Shown in pieces: positions 27,232 to 36,227 of a stretch of 53,193 nt of DNA (position 1 is its first letter; each line of letters begins with the position of its first letter). The stretch covers positions 27,749-80,941 of the forward strand of contig DKYD01000104.1 of assembly GCA_002492335.1 (NCBI GenBank), given 5' to 3'. The notes beneath the pieces were generated by a model, which was given only the letters and a program-made list of their open reading frames with translations, did not search any database and was not told where the DNA came from. The position numbers were made by a program, and so were the translations under genes. This stretch comes from Lachnospiraceae bacterium UBA7109 (lineage in GTDB: Bacteria; Bacillota; Clostridia; Lachnospirales; Lachnospiraceae).

Positions 27232-27263
27232 TTATCCACATTTTCCACACAATTTTATCCACA
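27232..27263 (+). promoter_or_regulatory. cluster of three co-oriented DnaA boxes (TTATCCACA, TTTTCCACA, TTATCCACA)
   Basis: Two perfect boxes and one 8/9 match to the DnaA-box consensus TTATCCACA within 32 bp. The cluster is about 50 bp upstream of a TGcTATAAT -10 element (27313-27321) for the DnaD-like gene. Confidence 0.7.
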
Positions 27264-27364
27264 AAAAACTCTTTTTTTGAATCAAAAAATCCTTTTTTGT
27301 CGGTTCTCTTGATGCTATAATGGATGTCACCAACGAAATTTTGTAAGGAGGACCGGCACTGGTT

Positions 27365-28369
27365 ATGAAAAAGCTAACACTGACAAGTCATGTACAGACT
27401 GACACTACCGTACTTGAAAATGAATTTATTGACAATTACATGGCAAAAGCGAACGGAGAATATGTAAAAGTATATCTTCTTCTTTTGCGCCATCTGAATG
27501 AACCTGCCGGGACTTTGACTATTTCCAGAATTGCAGATCTTCTGGATCACACGGAAAAAGATGTAATCCGGGCGCTGAATTACTGGAAAAAACAGGGTCT
27601 TCTCGAATATGAGACCGGCTCTTCCAAAGAGCGGGAAACGGATATCCGGACAGGCGCACCGGACAAACAAGCGGACACGCCTTCTGCCACAGTAGAAGCG
27701 CCGACGCCGCTTGCAGCAGTCCCGGACATCCGGCAATACCGCAACCGAAAGGAATTCCGGGAGCTTATATTTGTTGCGGAACAGTATCTGGGCAAAACTT
27801 TATCTGCAACAGACATCGACACAATTACTTACTTTTATGAAACCTTACATATGTCTGCAGATTTAATTGAATATCTGATTGAATACTGTGTAGACAATGG
27901 ACACAAGAGTATGCACTACATTCAGAAAGTAGCTCTTTCCTGGAACGAGCGTGGGATTACTACAACCGCACAGGCTAAATCAGGTACGCTGGCTTATAAT
28001 AAAAACTGTTACAGCGTCCTGAACGCATTTGGTATCAAAGGACGTGCCCCGGCGTCTTCTGAGCTTTCCTATATAAAGAAGTGGAATGAGGAATACTGCT
28101 TTTCACTGGAAATTATTCTGGAGGCCTGCAACCGCACGATGAACACGATTCACCAGCCAAGCTTTGACTACGCGGACTCCATTCTTCGCAACTGGCTGAA
28201 AAAAGACGTGCGACACCTAAAAGATATTGAAACTGTTGACGCCGATTATCTGAAACAGAAACAAAAAAGGCAGCCTTCAACCCCTGCCATAAAAAATAAC
28301 CGATTTAACAATTTTGACAGCCGCTCCTATGATATGAATGATCTGGAGCGCAAACTGGTACAACAATAG
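27365..28369 (+). CDS. DnaD-domain replication initiation protein (DnaB/DnaD-like helicase-loading factor)
   Basis: N-terminal wHTH-like region and a C-terminal DnaD-type domain (..YFYETLHMSADLIEYLIEYC....S..YI.KVA..W...GI.T). Followed by a DnaI-like ATPase as in Firmicutes. Confidence 0.8.
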   Translation: MKKLTLTSHVQTDTTVLENEFIDNYMAKANGEYVKVYLLLLRHLNEPAGTLTISRIADLLDHTEKDVIRALNYWKKQGLLEYETGSSKERETDIRTGAPDKQADTPSATVEAPTPLAAVPDIRQYRNRKEFRELIFVAEQYLGKTLSATDIDTITYFYETLHMSADLIEYLIEYCVDNGHKSMHYIQKVALSWNERGITTTAQAKSGTLAYNKNCYSVLNAFGIKGRAPASSELSYIKKWNEEYCFSLEIILEACNRTMNTIHQPSFDYADSILRNWLKKDVRHLKDIETVDADYLKQKQKRQPSTPAIKNNRFNNFDSRSYDMNDLERKLVQQ

Positions 28370-28388
28370 ACAGGAGTAAAGACAGCTT

Positions 28389-29402
28389 ATGGCTCTATCA
28401 AATTCTCAGTATGACCAACTGATGCGTATTTATGAACAGAGACAACTGGATAATGAACACCTGCTTCGCAGCCACTATAAAGACGCCTGCGAGATAATCC
28501 CTGAACTTCAGAATATTGATAATAAGATTGCATCTCTGAGCGTTTCCAGTGCACGCGCTCTGCTTGAAGGAGACGATTCTTCTCTTTTTTCATTAAAAGA
28601 GCATATCCAGACTCTTTCTGCACAGAAACGTTCACTGCTTTTAAATCATGGTTTTCCTGAGGATTATCTGGAACCCCATTACATCTGTCCTGACTGCCAT
28701 GATACCGGTTATATTGATTCTGAAAAATGTCACTGCTTCAAAAAAGCAATCATTGATTTACTATATACACAATCCAATCTGCAGGAGATTCTTGAAAAGG
28801 AAAACTTTTCCACTTTCTCCACAGACTATTATTCATGCAGTCATATAGATCCTCTAACCGGAAGATCTTCCAGAGAATCCATAGAGACTGCTTTAAAAGT
28901 ATGTCATGAATTTGTAGATACCTTTCCGAATACTTTCCAGAATATCTTTCTATACGGAGATACCGGGGTTGGAAAGACCTTTCTTTCCCACTGCATTGCA
29001 AAGGAATTGATCGAACGTTCCTGCTCGGTTATTTATTTCTCCGCATCCCAGTTATTTGACCTTCTTGCAAGAAATGCCTTTGGAAAAAAAGAAGATTCGG
29101 AAGATGGTATGTTTGACCATATTTACGACTGCGATTTACTGATTATTGATGATCTCGGCACAGAGCTCGCCAACAGTTTCACTGTTTCCCGGCTCTTTGC
29201 ATGCCTGAACGAACGTATACTGAGAAAAAAATCTACTGTTATTTCTACAAACCTCGCACTGGAAGACATAAAATCTATATACTCTGAGCGTATTTTTTCC
29301 CGCATCAGCAGCAGCTATATTATGCTCCGGCTGACGGGTGATGATATTAGAATTCAAAAAAAATTACTGAATCTGGGAGGTACAAAAGATGATACGCCGT
29401 AA
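28389..29402 (+). CDS. DnaI/DnaC-like helicase loader ATPase
   Basis: Zinc-binding motif CPDCHDTGY..C.C. AAA+ Walker A LYGDTGVGKTFL and Walker B LLIIDDLG. Confidence 0.8.
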   Translation: MALSNSQYDQLMRIYEQRQLDNEHLLRSHYKDACEIIPELQNIDNKIASLSVSSARALLEGDDSSLFSLKEHIQTLSAQKRSLLLNHGFPEDYLEPHYICPDCHDTGYIDSEKCHCFKKAIIDLLYTQSNLQEILEKENFSTFSTDYYSCSHIDPLTGRSSRESIETALKVCHEFVDTFPNTFQNIFLYGDTGVGKTFLSHCIAKELIERSCSVIYFSASQLFDLLARNAFGKKEDSEDGMFDHIYDCDLLIIDDLGTELANSFTVSRLFACLNERILRKKSTVISTNLALEDIKSIYSERIFSRISSSYIMLRLTGDDIRIQKKLLNLGGTKDDTP

Positions 29403-30573
29403 TGAACGAATACTGGACAATATACCAATCGGAGCTTTAGGTATTATTGCTCTTGATGGCTGCCAGGAAATGGGAAGGAAGGTAAATGATTATCTTGTCA
29501 AATGGCGCAGGGAAGATGGACATATCCACAAAAACGACGTCGTATACAACGGGTATGAACGTGATACTTACCTCATTAATGCAAAGGTTCCCCGTTTTGG
29601 TTCCGGAGAGGCAAAGGGAATCATCGGAGAATCTGTCCGTGGCAAGGATCTCTATCTCATGGTCGATGTATGCAATTACAGCCTCACCTACTCACTGACC
29701 GGACATATCAATCATATGTCCCCGGATGACCATTTTCAGAATCTGAAACGTGTGATTGCCGCTGTCGGCGGAAAAGGACGCCGCTTAAATGTCATTATGC
29801 CCTTCCTCTACGAAAGCCGCCAGCACAAAAGAAGCACGCGGGAGTCTCTGGACTGTGCAATCGCACTTCAGGAACTGGTTCGCATGGGCGTTGAAAATAT
29901 TATTACCTTTGACGCGCACGACCCAAGAGTCCAGAATGCGATCCCATTAAACGGATTCGAAACGGTTCGTCCAACCTATCAGATTGTCAAAGGACTTCTC
30001 AGCCGTTATGACGATCTGCAGATCGACAGCGATCATATGATGGCAATCAGCCCGGATGAGGGTGCGACAAGCCGTGCCGTATATCTTGCTAATGTGTTGA
30101 ACCTGGACATGGGAATGTTCTATAAGAGACGTGATTATACACGCATGGTCGGCGGACGCAATCCGATTATCGCCCACGAATTTCTCGGAGCATCTGTGGA
30201 GGGTAAGGACGTCATTATCCTGGACGATATGATTTCTTCCGGAGACAGTATCCTGGATGTTGCAAAGCAGTTAAAACAGCGCAAGGCAAAACGGATTTTT
30301 GCCGCCGCCACTTTTGGACTTTTCACAAACGGATTAGATAAATTCGACCAGGCATACGAAGAAGGACTGATTGACGCCATCCTGACTACCAACCTGATTT
30401 ATCAGACCCCGGAGCTTCTTGAACGTCCTTACTATATCAGCTGTGATATGAGCAAATATATCGCACTTATGATTGACACGCTCAACCATGATGGTTCTAT
30501 CAGCAGTATATTGAATCCAAGCGAGCGTATCCAGCAGGCTCTTTCAGAGTACAACAAAGCCAGAAACAGCTGA
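29389..30573 (+). CDS. ribose-phosphate pyrophosphokinase-family protein (long, divergent Prs-like)
   Basis: Motifs ESVRGKDLYL, ITFDAHDPRVQNAIP and the PRPP-binding loop VIILDDMISSGDSI. 394 aa, longer than canonical Prs. Confidence 0.8.
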   Translation: MIRRNERILDNIPIGALGIIALDGCQEMGRKVNDYLVKWRREDGHIHKNDVVYNGYERDTYLINAKVPRFGSGEAKGIIGESVRGKDLYLMVDVCNYSLTYSLTGHINHMSPDDHFQNLKRVIAAVGGKGRRLNVIMPFLYESRQHKRSTRESLDCAIALQELVRMGVENIITFDAHDPRVQNAIPLNGFETVRPTYQIVKGLLSRYDDLQIDSDHMMAISPDEGATSRAVYLANVLNLDMGMFYKRRDYTRMVGGRNPIIAHEFLGASVEGKDVIILDDMISSGDSILDVAKQLKQRKAKRIFAAATFGLFTNGLDKFDQAYEEGLIDAILTTNLIYQTPELLERPYYISCDMSKYIALMIDTLNHDGSISSILNPSERIQQALSEYNKARNS

Positions 30574-30682
30574 ACTGTCTATTGCGAACTGATACTTCAG
30601 GCAGGAAATATTGTATAGTTTCACTTTCTTTCTCTGCCTTTCTATAGTATAATTAAAAAAAGAAATACTATGGGAGGATAAC

Positions 30683-31111
30683 ATGCCGAAAACACAACAT
30701 GAATTGAAAAACTCATTGCTGTTTCGAGTTACCTTTGGCATTCTGGCGCCATTGACTTTGCTGGCAGGAATGTGGATTCTGTATCATTATGGGAATCCTT
30801 TCCCCTGTTTTTTCCACAAAATTACCGGTTTATACTGTCCCGGCTGTGGAAGCGGGCGCGCACTCTATGCCCTGGTACACGGAAATATTCTGACCGCCTT
30901 TCGGAATAACATCTTTTTATTATTTGCACTTCCGTTTGTAGGCTGGTATTTTTTCGGCAGATATTTGGAACTGGTATTTCACCGGAGCTTCATCAGAATG
31001 CCTGCTATATCCTTAAAAACCTATCATCTGATCATGGCTGGCATCCTGATATATTGGATTGCAAGAAACCTGCCCTGGTTTCCATTTACTCTGCTTGCTC
31101 CGATTTCCTAA
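30683..31111 (+). CDS. DUF2752-domain membrane protein
   Basis: Small multi-TM protein with the CPGCGSGRA motif typical of DUF2752. Confidence 0.75.
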   Translation: MPKTQHELKNSLLFRVTFGILAPLTLLAGMWILYHYGNPFPCFFHKITGLYCPGCGSGRALYALVHGNILTAFRNNIFLLFALPFVGWYFFGRYLELVFHRSFIRMPAISLKTYHLIMAGILIYWIARNLPWFPFTLLAPIS

Positions 31112-31164
31112 ATATTAAAAAAGAAAGGTTCCTGTGAAACTTACATAGGAAAAAGGTATGTAAC

Positions 31165-31698
31165 ATGAAAGTATGTCCATTTTGTAATTCTCAGTATTCG
31201 GATGATGTGAAATTCTGCCAGCAATGCGGGCATGAATTATCGTCTGTAAATCCAGATACTTCAAGTGCTCAGAACAGCTATGAAACAAGCACACAAAACA
31301 ACTATAACGCTAACCAGCAGAACAACAGCTACAATACTAACCAGCAAAACAGCTACAATGCCAATCAGCAATATGACTACAATACCAATCCGCAGTACAA
31401 CATGAATAACAATTACAATGAGCCGACTGCTTCTCTGGGCAGTATACAGCTGAACACAACAAAACTTACTGTATGGTCAATCGTCAATCTGATCTGCTGC
31501 TGTATGCCCCTTGGAATTGCAAGTTTAATTTTCTCGTTAACTGCTAAGAACAAACCGACTCCGGAAGAGCAGAACAAGGCTCTGAAGACCGCCCTCACTT
31601 TATGCCTGATTGGTACGATCGGCGGAGTAATTGTTGAGTTCTTATACGTCCTTTTGATGTTCTTTCTGGGATCTAGCGGTTATGGGTATATGATGTAA
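31165..31698 (+). CDS. zinc-ribbon / CD225 (dispanin, IFITM-like) family membrane protein with an N/Q/Y-rich linker
   Basis: N-terminal CPFC..(11 aa)..CQQCG zinc ribbon. C-terminal WSIVNLICCCMPLGIASLIFS...K CD225-like hairpin. Confidence 0.75.
   Translation: MKVCPFCNSQYSDDVKFCQQCGHELSSVNPDTSSAQNSYETSTQNNYNANQQNNSYNTNQQNSYNANQQYDYNTNPQYNMNNNYNEPTASLGSIQLNTTKLTVWSIVNLICCCMPLGIASLIFSLTAKNKPTPEEQNKALKTALTLCLIGTIGGVIVEFLYVLLMFFLGSSGYGYMM
31273..31422 (+). repeat. imperfect in-frame tandem repeats encoding an (N-S-Y-N-x-N-Q-Q)n low-complexity linker
   Basis: Repeated AACAGCTACAAT.C.AA.CAGCA units visible in the DNA. The protein reads NSYETSTQNNYNANQQNNSYNTNQQNSYNANQQYDYNTNPQYNMNNNYN. Confidence 0.55.
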
Positions 31699-31708
31699 TT
31701 TTCACGTT

Positions 31709-31756
31709 AAAAAGACCTGCTGCAACAGCAATACACAATGCAGCGGGTCTTTTTAT
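31709..31756. terminator. bidirectional terminator between convergent genes
   Basis: AAAAAGACCTGCTGCA-N14-TGCAGCGGGTCTTTTT. Confidence 0.7.
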
Positions 31757-31779
31757 GAATCCTCTAACGATATATTAGT

Positions 31780-32676
31780 TTAATTTTCGTATTCAAATCC
31801 ACTCGGTTCACTCAGCGGCTGCTCCAGAAGCTTCGGATGTGCAAAAATATATTTTATCAGCTTCAGGCTTCTTGCAAAATAAAATCCATCCGCAATCCGT
31901 TCATCGAGCGTCGCACCGATATCGATCAAATCTCTGATCTCCTTGCGTCCATCCGGCATCAGTACTTCTTCTTTGTGCAATGTCCCAATTGTAATCATAA
32001 TACTGTTTGTGCCGTAATTATTCAAATGATGATACACCGAAGGACATTTAATACTACCCAGATTGCTGCACAGAATCGTCGTATAGTTCGGATCTCCCTC
32101 CGTAATAAACTTCGGATTCATCCCCCAGAAATCCAGCCAGCGGATCATGCGGATCAGGAGCATCAGGATTGGGCGTGGAATTTTAGCAAAAGAGTCTAAC
32201 AAACTATCCACTCCACCGGTCGAATGCTCACTTTTTCTTGTCTCCCGTACATCCCCGATAATCTTCTTGCTGATCTCATCCAGAGAATCTGTGTCCTTTG
32301 GAACCAGAACCATAAGCGCCTCCTCTGCATGGTCGGTAAACCGACGCTTGCAGACAAAACTCAGACTTATTTCATTACGCTCATAAATCCGACGTCCCTG
32401 AATAAACCGGTTCATAAGCGGACGTTCTCTGACCATTCGTGCCAGTCCGGTAATCGCACAGTGAAAAATCGTTGTCTTGTAGTCCGGATGCTCTGCATTC
32501 TTCTCTTCCAGATATTTCACAAGCTCTGTCGCATCAATGGTATCATTTAAATAAACCTCGCAATCCGTCCGGTTTGGCATCAAATGCGCCATTACCGTCT
32601 GAAGTCCGGGCGCGTTACGCACCCAGCGGCCATCACGCCTGTCTCCCCAGTGTCTTTTCTGCTTCTGTTCCTTCAT
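31780..32676 (-). CDS. 2-oxoacid dehydrogenase acyltransferase catalytic-domain (CAT-like) family protein
   Basis: The C-terminal region carries the catalytic-type motif LDERIADG (a DHR..DG-like variant). ATG 32676 follows AAAGGAGAA; the track's longer ORF start is rejected. Confidence 0.7.
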   Translation of the reverse strand: MKEQKQKRHWGDRRDGRWVRNAPGLQTVMAHLMPNRTDCEVYLNDTIDATELVKYLEEKNAEHPDYKTTIFHCAITGLARMVRERPLMNRFIQGRRIYERNEISLSFVCKRRFTDHAEEALMVLVPKDTDSLDEISKKIIGDVRETRKSEHSTGGVDSLLDSFAKIPRPILMLLIRMIRWLDFWGMNPKFITEGDPNYTTILCSNLGSIKCPSVYHHLNNYGTNSIMITIGTLHKEEVLMPDGRKEIRDLIDIGATLDERIADGFYFARSLKLIKYIFAHPKLLEQPLSEPSGFEYEN

Positions 32677-33490
32677 AAACGGTTTCTCCTTTCCTGAGAG
32701 GTCTGCATGGAATATGGAATTCCTCCCACACATTCCGAACAAACCCCGAGACGTCAACCTCTCCGGTCAATGGCTCAAATGTATTATCATAATGATCTAA
32801 CAATATTTTTTTCGGCTGAAGGCGTCTTACCAGGTTCAATGCATAAGTATCTGCATCGCTCCTGCCCTGCAGAGGAAGAATCAATAGATCTGCCCCGGTG
32901 GGATAGGATACATTTTGATCCAGATTCATACTTCCCATAATCTGCACACGCTTTCCTGCACAAATCACCTCATAAAACAAGATTTCTTTATTCTCCGGAT
33001 ATGTCATATTCAGATACAAGAGCCGGAGCAGATGCCCCGGATGCCGGAAAAACCTCCGGCTGCAAACGGTTCTCAGAATCAGCGGAAAATCAAATCTGCA
33101 ATGCCTTCCCTGCAGGCATCGAACTGTAAATGGTCCGATTGCCACCTCTGTACCCGGCTGAATCTCTCGAAACTGCATCTCAGGCATCCCCCGGCGCAGC
33201 AACGTTTTCTTCGGAGTCTCTGTGCAATAAATAATCGGCCGCTCTTCATGCGAAGACTCTCCTTCCTGCCTTCTGTTCTTTGCATACAATCTGGGCAGGT
33301 GATAAATATGATCGAAATGCCCATGAGTAATAAAAATATTTCTCATGCATCTTAATTCTTTCTCATATGGCAATATTTCCGGTGGTTTTTTTAATTCCCC
33401 CGGACGAATCCCCATAAATGGATCGAATGCAAGACCGACGCCCTCTTCTTCCAGCATCAGGCTTGCCGTGCCGTACCAGATCAGTTTCAA
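32633..33490 (-). CDS. MBL-fold metallo-hydrolase
   Basis: ITHGHFDHI metal-binding motif. 4-nt overlap with the upstream ligase gene. Confidence 0.8.
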   Translation of the reverse strand: MKLIWYGTASLMLEEEGVGLAFDPFMGIRPGELKKPPEILPYEKELRCMRNIFITHGHFDHIYHLPRLYAKNRRQEGESSHEERPIIYCTETPKKTLLRRGMPEMQFREIQPGTEVAIGPFTVRCLQGRHCRFDFPLILRTVCSRRFFRHPGHLLRLLYLNMTYPENKEILFYEVICAGKRVQIMGSMNLDQNVSYPTGADLLILPLQGRSDADTYALNLVRRLQPKKILLDHYDNTFEPLTGEVDVSGFVRNVWEEFHIPCRPLRKGETVYEGTEAEKTLGRQA

Positions 33491-35190
33491 GCTGACTCGC
33501 CTCCTGCCTCTTTCGCCGCATTTGCTTCTTCCTCCAGCAAACGATACGCCACCTTGCCTACCAGCGTCTTTGGAAGTTCTGCGCGGAATTCAATCTCTCT
33601 TGGCAGCGCATAGCGCGCTATATGCATACGCAGTTCCTTCATAATCAGCTCCTTGCGCTCTTCGTCCGGAACCACGCCATCCCTTAATACGATATAGGCT
33701 TTCACCCGATGCATCCTGCGGGGATCCTTCACGCCGATCACACAGCTGTAAGAAACCTCCGGAATCCGGTCGATCGCGTTTTCGATCTGACCCGGATATA
33801 CATTGTAACCGTTCGTAATAATCAAACGCTTCATCCGCTGCCTGTAATAAACATATCCGTCCTCGCTCATATATCCCAGATCGCCGGTATAGAGCCACTT
33901 TTTTCCATCCGCAAATGTCCGGATCGTCTGCGCCGTCTCTTCCGGATTATCCAGATAACCCAACATAACCGTTGGACCGGTAAGGATAATTTCTCCCTCT
34001 TCCCCAAAAGGCAGAGCCTCCATTGTCCCCGGCTTTACAATCTGATACTCTGTATCCGGGAACGGAATTCCAATGCTTCCCTCGCGGTAAGTATCCCGCG
34101 GCGTCAGGCAGCTCGCCGTCACGCATTCCGTCAATCCATAGCCCTCCCGCACCTGAATAGAAGCTCCGTGCTCTTTCAAAAAAATATCAACCTTTTTCTT
34201 CAATTCTACAGAAAGCGAATCCCCTCCGCAGAACATCCCCCGCAGAAAATCAAGTGTTACTCCATCCAGTACCGGCATATGTAAAAGTGCTTCAAAAATC
34301 GTCGGCACACCCGCGATAAAATTCGGTTTCTTCTTCGCAAGCATTTTCGCATAGCTTTTATTATTAAACGTCGGCATCAAGATACAACAGGCGCCATGAA
34401 TCAATACCGTATGCAGGTTGATACCCAGCCCGAATCCATGAAAACAGGGCATACAGCTCAGCATCTTCAGCCCCTTGCTGAATTCCTCTCCGATTGCTTC
34501 CCTCGCCTGCATCGCGCAGGCATTAAAATTCAGATCCGACAGACATATCCCCTTCGGCGTTCCGCTGGTACCTCCACTGTAAAGAATCACCGCTGTCTTC
34601 TCTGTATCAAACACCGGTTCCGGAAGCTCTGTCCTCTTGTCCGCCTGTTTTAAAAATTTTTTCCACAGCATCGCGTGATCTGTATTTGGAAATTTCAGAT
34701 AATCCTTCCCTTTTTTCAAAATAAAAGCAGTTTTGAGCGCCGGTTTCAGTTCATCCTGGATTCGTGCCACCAGAACCATCACCGACTGTTCAACATTTTC
34801 CAATGCCTTTTCCACCTTTTCACAGAAAAGATCCACCGTCAGGATTGCTTTACTTTTGGATAAATTCAGATAAAAACTGATTTCATTTTGCGCAGAAAGC
34901 GGATGCACCATATTAGCAACCGCACCGATCCGGTTCAATCCATAGAAACAATCCAGCGCCTGAGGCATATTCGGCATACAGATTGTCACTACATCCCCGG
35001 CCGTAATGCCCATCTTCAGAAATGCGCGGGCGACCTGCTCAATGCGCCTGACAAACGACTGATAGCTTGTCTTTCTCCCATAAAACTCGTAAGCTGGTTC
35101 TCCCGGATATTCCCTGGCGATCCGCTCCACCATCTGAAACATAGTCAGAGCCGGATACTCCAGATGTTCTCGTTGTTTAAATGGTTCCAT
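33487..35190 (-). CDS. AMP-binding enzyme (acyl-CoA synthetase / adenylate-forming ligase)
   Basis: AMP-binding signature ILYSGGTSGTPKG, TGDLGYMSEDGYVYYRQR and a C-terminal K..GKV motif. Confidence 0.9.
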   Translation of the reverse strand: MEPFKQREHLEYPALTMFQMVERIAREYPGEPAYEFYGRKTSYQSFVRRIEQVARAFLKMGITAGDVVTICMPNMPQALDCFYGLNRIGAVANMVHPLSAQNEISFYLNLSKSKAILTVDLFCEKVEKALENVEQSVMVLVARIQDELKPALKTAFILKKGKDYLKFPNTDHAMLWKKFLKQADKRTELPEPVFDTEKTAVILYSGGTSGTPKGICLSDLNFNACAMQAREAIGEEFSKGLKMLSCMPCFHGFGLGINLHTVLIHGACCILMPTFNNKSYAKMLAKKKPNFIAGVPTIFEALLHMPVLDGVTLDFLRGMFCGGDSLSVELKKKVDIFLKEHGASIQVREGYGLTECVTASCLTPRDTYREGSIGIPFPDTEYQIVKPGTMEALPFGEEGEIILTGPTVMLGYLDNPEETAQTIRTFADGKKWLYTGDLGYMSEDGYVYYRQRMKRLIITNGYNVYPGQIENAIDRIPEVSYSCVIGVKDPRRMHRVKAYIVLRDGVVPDEERKELIMKELRMHIARYALPREIEFRAELPKTLVGKVAYRLLEEEANAAKEAGGESA

Positions 35191-35281
35191 GTTTTTCCTC
35201 TTAACCTCTCATCCTCTGTAATATTCACAGGCAGACCGACAAAAGACGTCGTTTCTTTCGAACTGTCCTGATATATTATAC

Positions 35282-35447
35282 GTAACCAGTTCAGCCCACG
35301 CCATTCGCAAAACGCGCCTGCGGCACTTCTTCGCTGCTACGCAGCTGTTTTTGCTCATAAACGGGCGTTCCGCTCATGCCCTGTAAGATGCGCATATCCA
35401 TGCGAGCATGATGCGCGCATCTTACAGGGCATGGCTGAACTGGTTAC
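35282..35447. repeat. 166-bp nested perfect inverted-repeat element (MITE-like or structured RNA)
   Basis: The outer 15-bp arms are GTAACCAGTTCAGCC (35282-35296) and GGCTGAACTGGTTAC (35433-35447). The inner 19-bp arms are CATGCCCTGTAAGATGCGC (35375-35393) and GCGCATCTTACAGGGCATG (35415-35433). There is also a GCAAAAC/GTTTTTGC stem. Confidence 0.7.
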
Positions 35448-35474
35448 TATTATACTACGAATAATGCAGATACC

Positions 35475-35516
35475 ACAAGAGGGGAATGCTTATAAGTCAA
35501 AGCATTCCCCTCTTGT
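35475..35516 (-). terminator. 17-bp perfect hairpin downstream of the ABC ATPase gene
   Basis: ACAAGAGGGGAATGCTT-N8-AAGCATTCCCCTCTTGT. No strong U-tract on either strand. Confidence 0.6.
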
Positions 35517-35533
35517 AGTATTCAAGATGGTTC

Positions 35534-36202
35534 TTATCTGGCCAGCAGCTCCAGTTCCCCGTCTCTCATCCTGTATGCCACATCTGCCGCTTCAGCGACC
35601 TCCATATCATGCGTTACAATAATCACACAGTATCCTTTCTCATGCGCAAGGGTACACAGGATCTCAATAATATTCTGTGTGTTCGCGCCGTCAAGGTTTC
35701 CAGTCGGCTCATCACCCAGTATAATCTTTGCATTGGATGCAAGACTCCTTGCAATTGCCACACGCTGCCGCTCCCCGCCTGACAGCTTTGACGGAAACCG
35801 CTTCATCTGCTCTTCTGTAATCCCCACGCTCTCAAGCAGCCCGGCTGCCCTCGGCTTTGCATCTTTAGGCGACACCCCGCACAGTTCCATAGGGAAGCAG
35901 ACATTTTCCATAACCGTCAGCAGCGGAAAGAGATGGAATGCCTGAAAGATCATAGAAATACTTTCACGCCTGTAACGGTCAAGATTCAGTTCTGCCAGGC
36001 TCTCTCCTTCAAAAACAACCTCACCCTCCGCAGGCAGATCCAATCCCGCCAGCAAGGACAAAAGTGTAGACTTTCCGGAGCCGGAGGGTCCTACGATCGC
36101 ATAGACCTTTCCCTCCTCGAACGTACAGGAAACTCCTGAAACAGCGGCTCTGTGTGCATTTTTATAAGTATACGTCACATTATCTAAAGTTAAAATCGGC
36201 AT
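35534..36202 (-). CDS. ABC transporter ATP-binding protein (MacB/LolD/FtsE-like)
   Basis: Walker A GPSGSGKST, signature LSGGERQRVAIARSL and Walker B IILGDEPTGNLD. Confidence 0.92.
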   Translation of the reverse strand: MPILTLDNVTYTYKNAHRAAVSGVSCTFEEGKVYAIVGPSGSGKSTLLSLLAGLDLPAEGEVVFEGESLAELNLDRYRRESISMIFQAFHLFPLLTVMENVCFPMELCGVSPKDAKPRAAGLLESVGITEEQMKRFPSKLSGGERQRVAIARSLASNAKIILGDEPTGNLDGANTQNIIEILCTLAHEKGYCVIIVTHDMEVAEAADVAYRMRDGELELLAR

Positions 36203-36227
36203 ATGTTTTCTCCTTTCTACTTGCAGG

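Noticed and set aside
27232-27263. The chromosomal replication origin (oriC).
   Set aside because: There are only three DnaA boxes, with no adjacent AT-rich unwinding element and no dnaA or dnaN genes. They are better explained as a regulatory or titration cluster.
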